Assembly (NCBI GenBank): GCA_965203295.1 | Contig: CBDBCZ010000012.1 | Coordinates: 192,001-256,000, forward strand | Length of the DNA: 64,000 nucleotides | Reading direction: 5' to 3' | Origin: Nitrospirales bacterium | GTDB taxonomy: Bacteria > Nitrospirota > Nitrospiria > Nitrospirales > UBA8639 | Shown: positions 16,091-27,375 of the stretch, piece by piece | Numbering within the stretch: position 1 is the stretch's first letter | Layout: each line of letters starts with the position of its first letter | Position numbers and translations under genes: made by a program | The notes under the pieces: generated by a model | What the model saw: the letters and a program-made list of their open reading frames with translations, nothing else | What the model was told of the DNA's origin: nothing | Database searches by the model: none

Positions 16091-17924
16091 CTTTACTCCA
16101 GCAATTTCATTTGCAATGCTTAGTTCTCCATATACCTCCTCTCTCAACTACATGCATGCAAGGTGCAAGTGAATATGCATGATTGTGCAATTGTATGTGT
16201 GTGTGCGTGAGTGTGCATGTGTGCGTGAATGCAGAAGACAGATTAATTAGCTCTATTTTGTAGAGTGGGTAACAACTGCAGCATCGGAGGAACACATGCT
16301 GAAAATAAGGCATATACATTTGCTTGTTGATCTATGGAAAACGCACCCTCTATGTCCACTGCTAAAAACATGGACACAGTTAATACATACATCCATGCCC
16401 ACTGCTGGAAAAACATAGACACCGTGAACATAATTATTTGACAGTATAGATACTCTAATATCCATCAGCCTATGCATGAGTCACGTACATCACAATAAGG
16501 CTGACCTCTGGTCTTCCTCACTACTATTTAGCTACCTAGGAGAATCTTCGTAGCTGTTTGGTTCCAAAGTACATTGCAAACTCTTCAATGGACAATAAGC
16601 TTTCTAAGAGAGCAAAGAAATCAACGGGACCCAACAGGGGATTGAATGCAGGACCTTCTGAATACTAGTCAGATGCTCTAACCACTGAGCTACTGGATCC
16701 CCTCCGCAGAGGAGCAGTAGGCAAGCTTTATATAGCCACTAAACCCGCTAGTAGTACTTGCCAGTAGGACCCTGCCAATTTTCAGCTTAATTACTCTCTC
16801 ATTAGGCCTCTCCCCCATCTCAACCACAATAAAATTGCTACATCCAAACTTAGCCTGGATCAGTCTGCCTTAAACCACCAAAGATACAGAACTGAAAACT
16901 ATGTAGTCACATTGCAAACTCTTCAAGAGATGATAAGCTTTCTGAGAAAAAGATGTACGCCAAAGCAGTATATCACTATATCCGCTTCTTTCACCTGCCC
17001 CACTTACACCCACAACTCTGTTCGCCTACCATAGGTGTGCACTCTAATTTGATTGATAATTAAACAACAACTAGCTGAGATTCCATTTGTGGGCCTCATT
17101 TTGTTCAGCAATAACTACAGGAGTACAGCACCTACAAATGAGGATAAGCTCTGCCACATGATTAGGCAGTGTAGCCTCAATAGGGAAACACATACCTGCT
17201 GAAATGTTAAGATCTTCTTGTGTGTGAAAGGTGTAGCTGATGTTATAGCAGCTTTTAAGTCAAGGTCTCTGTTCAGAGTTGCAGAGCAGTGGGTATGTTC
17301 CCTTGATCCTCCGTTGAACTGCAAGGGGTACAGGGAAGGAGATGGACCATTCAGGTTAGCAACTGCTGAGGATAAAGTACATGTGCATTATATGTGTGAC
17401 CCTATTTGTGAAGCATGGCCGCATTTCTTTAAAGCACCATCACGAGGGAGACACGGGACCATTCATAACACAGCAACATCCGAAAACATCGGTGGTACCA
17501 AGGCAAATACCTTGGAAACAGATTGAGCGGTAAATTTCTAACAAGCTGCGGTTGACATATATTACGTTATTAAAGGTAATGACCAAAGACATTGAGATAC
17601 ATGACAGTAAAAGTATTTTAAAAAAGGGAGTACCAACCTGCCGGGTTTTCATGAACCCATTCACATATTGTCATTCAAGTAACTTAATGCATATGCATAC
17701 TTGAATGTACATACGTTTATGACTACACACGAACAAGTGCATGTAGCTACTCAGCACATGCACTCATGAAGAGAGCTACATGTATGACTCCTGATGGACT
17801 CACCAGACCAGATAACACCGGTCGACATTAAGCTTCTTAGCAACTGTGCTGCAGCTTGCCTGGACTGGACATCACTTCCCAGCCAGAGGTAGATACACTC
17901 AAACTGTTCTAAGTGAGGAAGAAC
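16091..17924 (-). pseudogene. TWNK: Twinkle mtDNA helicase fragment, exons 17924-17804, 17318-17196, 16147-16091
   Basis: Exons translate to VLPHLEQFECIYLWLGSDVQSRQAAAQ/AKKLNVDRCYLV, STEDQGNIPTALQ/LNRDLDLKAAITSATPFTHKKILTFQQ and LREEVYGELSIANEIAGVK, colinear with recalled Twinkle LPYLEQF...LREEVLGELSN. AG/GT sites present; 1-nt deletions near 17842 and 17279; last donor reads TT, not GT. Confidence 0.88.
16626..16698 (-). mobile_element. tRNA-derived SINE head / pseudo-tRNA (Thr-AGT-like)
   Basis: Reverse complement reads tccagtagctcagtggttagagcatctgactagtattcagaaggtcctgcattcaatccc: A box, anticodon stem tctga/tcaga with AGT loop, degenerate B box, poor acceptor stem. Confidence 0.7.
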
Positions 17925-18561
17925 CTGAAGAGGAAGGATATGGAGTACCTGAAGGGATTAGAATCTCTTAATGTACACCAACACATGCTTAGAGGATTGT
18001 TAGAGGTCTCTAAAACTGTAACATTTCATTTAGTGTATGTACAGAGCTATATATCAACTGAGCCCTAAATACAATCACATGCAGCCATGTTAGCCCCAAC
18101 ATTAAATTTTTTGCATTTAGCCAATTAGATACTGAGGCATTGACTAGTACTTTATGGACCATTCTCCAAGACACATAGTATATATAGAACAGAAACTTGT
18201 AACTGTGGTACAATAGATTTTCACTTGTGTAGTTCATGGAAATGCTGTAATTTACGTATTTTGTGAAAGTGAGGACCCCATATAAGACGTGTCGATACGT
18301 GTAAAATGTGCAAGCAATCAGATACTGATGGGAAGTTCTCTTCCCTTCCACTGTCAAAGAGGAGCTTAAAGATTGTTGCAGACTAACGCTGCTTGTCACT
18401 TCGATATATTTCTCTTAGATTTGATTCATATCACTACAATTAACAACCACAGATACAATCATCAATTCACTCCAACTTTATTTATACGCACAAACACCAA
18501 ACTTCATTTACAACTCATGGATTACTCACTAGAGTAAGCTACTGATGACCAGCCACCCCCT

Positions 18562-19551
18562 GGTGCACCGAGCGTGCAAATTACCCTAATCGATAGTAAA
18601 GACCCTTTCACACTTCGAGTTGAAAGTTTGGTGTTTTTCAATGGCTTGGTTCTGGAGCTATAGCAAACTTTAAATTCGGGACACAGCTATGATTGGGCAA
18701 ATGTATGTATTGCTGGCCTCCATTTTGTATTTTCTCCCTGAAGCAACTTTCGGTGATCTCTCTTCATTATTGGGAAGCCCCACTACCATGCTGCCACACA
18801 CTAACCTTTCGCCATCGTTGCTGCTTTGAGCACAGAGGAGTGCTGTTGAATGTAGAGCCGTGTCACCCTCTCCATAATCGGACAGTGGATTATTTTTTTG
18901 CGGTGTAAGGAGCCCAAGACACTCTCCAATGCTAAGATTGGGATATCATTGGGAATGTAGACACTTAGCAACACAACGGTGCAAGTTTGATTGATGTTTA
19001 GATGTCGTGTCCTTCCCGAGATAGAGCTGCTTTACCTGATTTCGTACACTAAAAGTTTCAGCATTAACAGCTCTATCTTGAGAACCATAGCACGTACGTG
19101 TAAACATCGGGCTTGCACAGTTGTGCTGCTAAGTACCTGTACTTTACAACAATATCCAAATGCTAGCGTTACAGAGTGTTATGGGGTCTATACACAGAAA
19201 AAACTCGAAATCCACTGTCCGATTATAGAGATTGTGACACAGCCATACATTCAGCAGCACCCCCTGTGCTCAAAGCAGCTACTATGGCGAAAGGTTGGCG
19301 TGCGGCAGCATGGTACTGGGGCTTCCCAATAATAAAGAAAGAACACCGAAAATTGCTTCAGGGAGGAAACACGGAACAGAGACCGACAATATATAGATTT
19401 GCCCAATCATAGCTTTGCCCGAATTTAAATTTGGAAGGCTATACATGTAGCTCCAGAACCAAGCAATGGAGGAACACCAAACTTCAACTTAAAGTGCGAG
19501 GGGTTTGTACTATCCCGCCCACTTCCAGTAATTTACACACTCGGCGCTACC
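18562..19551. mobile_element. ~990-bp foldback (whole-element palindrome)
   Basis: Arms pair from ggtgcaccgag / ctcggcgctacc inward through atgattgggcaaat / atttgcccaatcat and taatcggacagtggatt / aatccactgtccgatta to agatagagctg / cagctctatct; loop ~19035-19065; arms diverged. Confidence 0.88.
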
Positions 19552-19594
19552 ACGTCTGAATATACCTGGTGGCACACCAACAGTGGTTTACTCT

Positions 19595-21005
19595 ATTAGC
19601 GTCTGTCAGTCTGCGAGGTAGTCTTGAGTTTTAGTACCTAAGCCTTATTTTACGAATGTATTAGCGTCTACCTTTTAGTTAGGCCGTGTTTGTCGATTGT
19701 ATTAGTCTGTCTGTTCGTTAGTTTTGAGTATTAGCACCTAAGCCGTGTTTTTTGAATGCAGTAGTGCCTGTCTGCTAGTTAGTTCTAAGTTTTAGTCTTT
19801 AGGCTGTGTTTCCCGATCGTATTAGCGTCTGCTTCTTAGTTTGCAGTTGTAGTTTTAAGGCCTAGATTCTGGCATGCATATTCTCTGTCTGTTAACTAGT
19901 CTTGTATCTAAGCCATGTTTTTGGCTGTATTAGTGCCTGTCTGTTAGTTAGTCTTGGGTTGTAGTATTCAAGCCATGTTTCTCGACTGCATAAGTGTCTG
20001 ACTGTTAGCTAGGCTTGAGTTTTAGTATTTACGTTGTGTTGCTTGACTACTAATTTTCTGTCAGTTAGTTAGCATTGAGTTTTAGTATTTAGTCCGCGTT
20101 TTTCGACTGTACTAATTAGTGTCTGTCTGTTAGTTAGTCTTGAGTTTTAGTACTTAGCAATTGTTTCTCGACTGTATTAGTGTCTGTCTGCCCGTTAGTC
20201 TTCAGTTCTAGTTTTTAAGCCGTGTTTCTCGACTGTATTAAAGTCTGTCTGTTCTTTAGTTATGAGTTTTAGTAATAACTTAGTGTTTATCGACTGTATT
20301 AGTGCCTATCTACTAGTTAGTTTTGCGTTTTGGTTTTTAGGCCGTGTTTCTGGCATGCGTTTGTCTATTAGTTCGTCTCGAGTTCCACTATTTAGGCCAT
20401 GTTTCTCAACTGTATTAGAAATTGTCTGTTAGTTAGTTTTGAGTTTTAGTATTTAGGCTATGTTTCTCGACTGTATTATGTCTGTCTGTCTATCTGTTAG
20501 CTAGTCTTGAGTTTCAATATTTAGGCCGCCTTTCTTGATTGTAATAGTGTGTCTGTTAGGTAGTCTTGAAGTTTACTATTTAGGCTGTGTTCCTCAACAG
20601 TATTAGTGTCTATGGGTTAGTTAGTTAGCAGTTTCAGTATTTAAGCCGTGTCGCTGGCATGCGTAAGTCTCTGCCTATTGAGTTTTTGTATTTAAGCCAT
20701 GTTTATTGACTGTATGGGAGTCTGTTTATCAGTTTGTCTTGAGTTTTAATACTCAGGCCGCCTTTCTCGACTTTATTACTGTCTGTCATTTAGTTATTCT
20801 TGCATTTTAGTATTGAGGCCCTGTTTTTTGACTGACTTAGTGTCTGTGCATTAGTTAGTCTAGAATTTTAGTATTTATGCCGTGTTTATCGAATGTATTA
20901 GTTTTTGTCTGTTAGTCTTCAGTTTTAGTATTTAGGCTGCCTTTCTCAAATTTATTGGTGTTTCTCCATTAGTTATCCTTAAGTTTTAGTATTGAGGCTG
21001 TGCTT
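19595..21005. repeat. ~60-61 bp degenerate tandem satellite, ~23 copies
   Basis: Consensus approximately gtattagtgtctgtctgttagttagtcttgagttttagtatttaggccgtgtttctcgact; T-rich top strand. Confidence 0.92.
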
Positions 21006-21059
21006 TTCAACTGCTGTTTTCTGAGGTAAAACGCCACATTCAGCACTAGAAAACTTAGA

Positions 21060-21215
21060 GTACACATAACAAGGCAATAATGAAAAAAGCACTTTCAAAA
21101 AAGTGCAAAACCAGTCATGTACAGATGCACTTCCACCAAAAAAAACACTTCCCCAAAAACCAATGGAACAAGCAACAATGCATTCAGGAGGCATGCACAG
21201 ACTACCCACAGGCTG
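21060..21215 (+). repeat. Dispersed repeat, also at 43280-43454, 44080-44300 (reverse) and ~58580-58745 (reverse, diverged)
   Basis: Shared aaaaagtgcaaaa...gatgcacttccaccaaaaaa..cacttccccaaaaaccaatg..acaagcaacaatgca...gcatgcacagactacccaca. Confidence 0.85.
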
Positions 21216-21862
21216 AAGCAGAATTTGAGTGCACTGAAAACGTAAAGGGCTGTAGACATTGTTCAGCTGATCAGAAGAAGTGAAAACTACGACAGTACCC
21301 ATCTAAAGAACCCTATCCTCTTCCTTACACCCTCCATACTTGGGTGCCTACAGAGTAGGACCCTTAAACTTTGAGGATAGTGACAGTATGTATCAATACT
21401 GCTAAATCAGGTATACCATATGAGGATTCAGATTCATGAAGTCAACTTAGATAGAGATCAATATTGTAGCCCCCCAAGGTAAAATAATCTACTACACCAC
21501 TTCCAACCCCATGCAGACATACAGTGGTTTCCTTTCAAGCAGTTTGCTCTTTGTTCAGACTTTCCTCCTATCAAACCCCTATTGCCCTTTCAACTTCCTC
21601 AAGCTGTATAGATTGAATATTTTCATCACTAGCATAAAACACCTTCAGGGGGCGATAGTAGTGAGATAGTACAGGGATGGATCATTACTATTGTCCGCTC
21701 TCTCTGTAGCAACAAATGAAGGCACTGAATACTACGGGATAAAGGTAGATGTGATGGCACTGTATGCAAGAGTGATCACTGGCCCCTACGTTTTGTAAAA
21801 GAAAAGGAGCTAGGATTCAAATCAGACCTTTACAAACATGGGACCTACAATGAGAGGTAAAC

Positions 21863-23108
21863 CTTCAAATAATACCAGAATATCAGAAGTTTGAGTGCCT
21901 CATTTTCTATGAAGGGAAAATTAAGTGCATCACTACTGCTAAAACATGTGTAACTGCTACTCCAGAGTGGATTATGCTGTATTGTACCAGAAATACGGAA
22001 ATTAACTCTTACTGTATGTTGCCTAACCGCAACCCCAACCCTAACGTCACAAAGGGTGTTAAATAGAGAGTAATTAAATTCGGGTATATGCAAGGTCATG
22101 TGGTATAGTAGCAACATTATGAAGCTAGCTACCCTCAATAAAACAAGTTCAACAACCATTTACCTCGCACTCCTGTCTATAGGGGTAATCTATAGATAAT
22201 ATAGACTCCATAACATCCCGGAGTCTATATTATCTATGGGTAAACGTAGGCCAGACAATTTTTTAGGGGGGGGGGGGGGAGGGGGGAGTATGGTCTGGTG
22301 ACTATTGCCAACATTTCGTTGCATCCGCCAAAATGTTGGAAGAAAATTAATGTTGGTGAGTAGTCACATGACCAAGATGTCTGCTGCTATTCTAAGAGCC
22401 GAGTTTGTGCTGCAATCTAAAGCTATAAAGCTTTTCGAATACACTCATGCAGCTACGTCCAAAGCTGGAACTACAGTGGTCAAGTGATTTGTACAAGGGA
22501 GAGACGTGTTGTGAGCCTTTTGTGTAGCGGTAAGTCTCTATGCTACTTGCTAGTGTTTCATGTTAAGTTTAAAAGGTAAGAAACTCTGTTACACACAAGA
22601 TCAACTTTCGCGAGATCAACTGGCTTGCAAGACTAACGACATAACATGCTTTTCGCTATAAAGTACTATACACTCCCTTATGTGACGCCCTACAGTAGTT
22701 TAACATAATTTGCATAAAGGAACGGAACTGCCGCAATAGTCACCAGACTACACTCCTCCCTCGTTAAAATAGTCTAGCCCGAGAGACTAGTAAAATAGCA
22801 TGTGATTAGAGCACGGGTAAATTTTCTTTTCCACCGCGTACCTGGAGAAATTGCTGTGCCTGTTGGTACATAGCCTCGTCTAGACACTTCACCCCCAGTA
22901 TCGTCAGGACCATCTCGTCGCATGCAGAGCACTTCAAAACAGCGTGCGCGATCTCGTAGGAAATCTGTAGAGTCTCGGCAAGCCCGCTTAGCTCGTCCAA
23001 CACACGGGATAAGGCACCGAGGAAGTCTTCCCGAATTTCTGCCTTATAAGATGGCTTTTCCTGGCTCCCTGGAGCTAGGTATCCAAGATGAAGGGGACTA
23101 TCAGTCAT
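21863..23108 (-). CDS. Unknown gene: first exon 23108-22842 and probable exon 21938-21863
   Basis: ATG-initiated 89-codon exon MTDSPLHLG...LDEAMYQQAQQFLQ ending at CAG|GTACGC; downstream exon-like SSDALNFPFIENEALKLLIFWYYLK|GT. The two phases do not join directly. Confidence 0.5.
22245..22789. mobile_element. MITE with terminal inverted repeats
   Basis: ggagtatggtctggtgactattgc (~22287-22310) pairs with gcaatagtcaccagactacactcc (~22733-22756); ends in gagacta. Confidence 0.6.
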
Positions 23109-23285
23109 AACTTGAGCTAGCTACTACAGCTAGATATAAGGCGACGTGGCTGGGCAAGACTCACATGTACCAATCACGAGAGCAATTTAGGAATGGGGGC
23201 GGGGCTCAAGGAGCTACAGGTATTATTAAAGCTTACGTACGTACGATTTAGCTAGGAGCGAGCGCACGCGACGAGGAACGGTTGG
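23109..23285. promoter_or_regulatory. Putative bidirectional promoter
   Basis: 177 bp between divergent ATGs (23108 minus, 23286 plus); CCAAT box at ~23170, GC box ggggcgggg at ~23196, CpG-rich. Confidence 0.6.
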
Positions 23286-26127
23286 ATGGACGTGTTGCCA
23301 AACGTTACAGGGTCTTCAGTAGGTTGCTCTGACAGTCATATCCCAGGGTAAGTGGAACAGATACTGCCGCTCATCTGCCTGAGGCAAAAGTAGCTTAAAT
23401 TACGGGTGAGAGTATCTGACTACTATATTTCTGGGTCAGGTCGTTTTCTCGTTACCAGCGCAAAACTAAGGCTAACACCGCTTTAGTATCCTTCGCCTTG
23501 ATTGTGAGCTGGGAACGAGACTAGTCCAATACTTAGTCTGGTGGTGGGGATGATCTGATCCAAGCCTGGGCTGGCTGCATGACTTCACACTTCAAACTAT
23601 TGGTAAGGTTGCTGTCTGATTTCCAGCATAATTTCATGCAAGATGGGGACAGATACACGAACCTTAGCTGCTCTACTAAGTAGCTGAATGCTGCTTTTTG
23701 GGCCACACTAGCGTCTGTAGCTACATCAGCCAACGTTCCACAGTTCCATTATGAAGTATATATAAGCTTTAATATTTAGACTCGAACATCAAGTTGAAGA
23801 GCGCTCTAATGGATAGTGTGCTAGATATAATCCTGAGATGGAACCCACACAGTGCCAGGATTTATCTTTCCCTGCATTGCTTAATATGTTGTCATTTGTT
23901 CGATCTATCAACTGTACTGTGCATTGCCTTTTATGAATTCATGAGCTCTGTTTAGGCATTTCAGGATCCCGTTTAAAAAGAACTCGATATACATGGATGT
24001 GTAAACGCACTAACTCAATTCAGAAACTAAACCTCATCAGCAACATGAGGTGGGTTACCAGGTATGCTCATAAGCCAGTTTCCAAAATCAGCACATTGAC
24101 TCCTATAAGATTTATTGTACCCTGAATCTTGAACCATATGCCTGTATTTTAGAGGTTTGGGTTTATTTGGGATTGTGCCACACACAGATTTATTAAATGT
24201 ACAGTACAGTTTATCAGTTAGTACCAATTCACAGACTGAGGTGGTAGTTTCCAGTTCACAAGAAAATGCTTCTGCCATTAGTTTTGAATTCATTGGCCGG
24301 GGAGAGCCTTGGAATAAGGCAAATTTCCTTTTTTTTTCTTCTGTAGGTATGGTGGATACTGTCCTATTAAGGATACATATGGTGCAACATTTGGAACTGC
24401 TACCAAACATTACCACCAGATTGTGTGAGCATCTCTAAACCGTAGATAGGCAAATCTCTCACCCAAATGTCCATACGTAGAGGAGTGTTTGGATGATTAA
24501 TTCCTTAATCAACCAGAAGGCTATAACAAGCCTTCTGGTTTGAAATTGAATCACCAACAAAACTGCATTCCCTGCAATGTTGCTATGATGTGTACTTGAA
24601 TTACGATAAATAACAATAGCTACCAAGTCTGTGACAGCAAAGTAACCACTGGAGATCTTCCTTTGTACATGAGTGCATGAACAGCTGCCACCTCAGGACT
24701 AATTAATCAGACTTCTGCTATATAGTAATAATTTCAGTCTAATGTCTGCCTTCTACAGTAACTACGAACCTGTAGGTAGCATTCAAAACTCTTATCTTCA
24801 TGTATAGTTTTTTGATTAGCAAGCACGTGCATATAGCTAGTGGCCAAGATCAGAGAGCCTGTGTGGGCATGCTGTGCACTCAACTGGTTGATAGTGTCTA
24901 CCGTCATGGCATTCCATGCAGAAATTGCAATGTTGTAAGGTAACAAAATATGGTGTACATGTTTGCAGAGTAACGTAGGTTCTCCTGATCAATATCTTCA
25001 TTTGCATTTATAATACATCTACCGTTCATTGTATGGGAAATTCATCAATGATGTTTTCATTGGTACTCTGCAGTCGTCAGGAGAGCCTAAACTCTAGCAG
25101 GAAACCACTAAAGAGGACGGCTAGCGAGAGTGGCATGACTTTTGTTGAACTATCCTTCTCTATTTCAAGGTAAAGTGTTTCTTTAGCTAATATTCTTACA
25201 TACTACTTCAGTGTCTGAAGTATATTCTGGGGTACATTAACTCGGTCTGAGAAGTATCTCTCCGATAATTTATAGCTAAAGCTGACACCAATATCTTGAG
25301 GGTAGATGCTTGAGAACTACCCCTTGACAAGTATTCTCGTTTCCAACACATTTATCCAAGTTTCATGGTGTGAGGTATAAATAATACTGCCCTTTTTTTA
25401 GGACAACCAATAACCAAAGGCTCAGGCAACAGAGATGGCAATCTGAAAAGTAGTGTGGTGTGTTCCTGCCTTGTACGTTACTTTTTGGGGGGATTCATCC
25501 CCGTACGTTCTTTCATTTTTCGAATGTAACTATGCATGCTACTTGACATTCTGAGCCTGTAGTGCTCAGCAATTTAGTATTGACAATGAACTTCCAATAA
25601 CATTTGAATTGTACACAGCTGGCACAGCAACACAGTGAACAGTACAAAGATCACACTGGCCTACTGCCCCAAGTACAGACCTTTACCCATAGGAGACATG
25701 CCTCCGCACCCCCTCTGTCAAGGTATGACATTGCTTTTAAAGTTACTGTAGTTACGAAACTTTTTTGATGCTACGTAGGTGGTTACTTATTTTTCAATCT
25801 CAGGGAAGTGTTAAATAGAGAATTATAAGGGGGAGACATGCCCACAGACCCCCTTGCAATTGAAGGACGTTTTCTAGTTCAGCATATGAAAACCTGCAAC
25901 CTGTATAGTTCATATGATTAATCCAAAACCAGATTTTTTGACAGAATGGTTTTTGTGGTCCCCCAGGACAATATTCACAATTTCAAAATCAATTTTCAGT
26001 CCAAATTTGACCTTCTAGTATACAAAATGGCTACGTGCAATAATGCACCTGGCAGACCGCAGGTTGAAGCAGGCTCGCTGTAGTAGTGAGCGCTTTCAGG
26101 ACTCCCATACAGAATCTTATACCGAAG
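23286..26127 (+). pseudogene. CIMIP2C: CIMIP2C/FAM166C (C2orf70)-like ciliary microtubule inner protein, probably disabled
   Basis: Exons 23286-23347 + 24347-24424 give HIPGYGGYCPIKDTYGATFGTATKHY (PGY motif); exon 25619-25722 LAQQHSEQYKDHTGLLPQV resembles recalled C2orf70 MVQQHRKYYQDKTGTVPRV. Candidate exons ~25074-25169, ~25277-25367 (in-frame TGA) and ~26063-26127. Confidence 0.7.
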
Positions 26128-26799
26128 GTAAGTGTTTGCGCTGCGAGTTTGGTAGGCTCCATGTCTGGTGAAGTGGCTGGGAGGGACGGTGCCCACCATG
26201 ACGACGACAACGACAAAAAGGGTCAATGGAGCCGGAGTATAGCCTTGCTTTGCTCGGAATTAATCTCAGGTACAGCGTGCACCACAATTACAACACAAAC
26301 TAGAATCAGAGTCTGGAGAGAGAACTATGCATACATACATGCATGAACATGTGTGCATGCATGTGGAGTCAGATAACATACAAGGTAGCTACCCTTTATT
26401 TTCAAACTAGACAGCTAGCCTTGAAACATTTGGTCATAGCTATCCAGCTATTAGCTAGATAACACACAGAATTCACTCCCAAAATAGTTATGCCAGATAG
26501 TATCTAATGCACAGCATGCGTTTAATGTGTGTTAGATCTCTAATGTACAGCACCAAATTTTGCACGTCTATGAATTAGCTACGTAGTTCAATACCACAGA
26601 TGTTTTGAGAGCACAATTAAAGATTGTGCCATAATTTTTACATGTGTAATACTATTCTTACGTAAGCATAGCAATATTATACTCATGTACAATTAATATT
26701 GTGTGTGTGCATTTAACGAGGTGTGTCCAATCAGCCATTAATTGACTGGTCTTCCTGGGAGTTCTGTATGGAATTTAACAATACTCATTAAGATAATAT

Positions 26800-27375
26800 G
26801 GCACTGATTCTGGGGTCCCTACTAGTAAACTGCTCCGGCAGACTCTGGGCTGGACTACCCTGAGGGCAAGACGACACCATGCTATGCTCTGTCAGGTCCA
26901 TCGTTGCTGCACTAACCAAGCACCTCCATACCTATGCTCTAAGTTCTCTGTAAACTCAAACCTTTCCGCGGTTAGGACCAGGGGCTCGGATAAGTTGCAC
27001 TTGCCTCAACCTCGGACAAGCTTTTTCCACTCGAGTTTTGAATTTCAAGGAGCCATATGGTACAACAAGTTACCCAAGGACATTAGGGACCTTACGAGAA
27101 GTACTTTATTTAAGTCTGCTTTGCTTAAATATAATTGCACTAATTTGTAGTTTTTTTGTATATTATTATTTTCTTTTTTACTTTCCTTGTTGTTGCCTTG
27201 AGTCACTGACTGCCTTGCTGTTTGTTTTATTGTTGTTGTTGTTTTTGGTTTGCTCTTTTGGTTTCTTTCTTTTTTTTGGTTTTGTTTGTGCATCTCCAGG
27301 ACCTGTATGAAAATCTACTCTGGGTTGTAGATACAGCACTCCTGCTGCAAAATAAAATTTTATCTATCTATCTAC
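26800..27375 (+). mobile_element. 5'-truncated CR1/L2-type LINE 3' end
   Basis: LGWTTLRARR...QAPPYLCSKF...RTRGSDKLHLPQPRT...GAIWYNKLP (post-RT C-terminus), T-rich 3' UTR, aataaa and (tatc)n tail. Confidence 0.8.

Noticed and set aside
16626..16698. Functional tRNA-Thr gene
   Set aside because: Acceptor stem and T-arm are degenerate; better explained as a SINE head.
1..21005. CRISPR-like repeat-spacer array
   Set aside because: Units are degenerate tandem repeats without unique spacers; no cas genes; eukaryotic context.
24027..24438. 129-aa and 93-aa ORFs
   Set aside because: Overlap the CIMIP2C intron and exon 2 in the wrong strand or frame; no recognisable domain.
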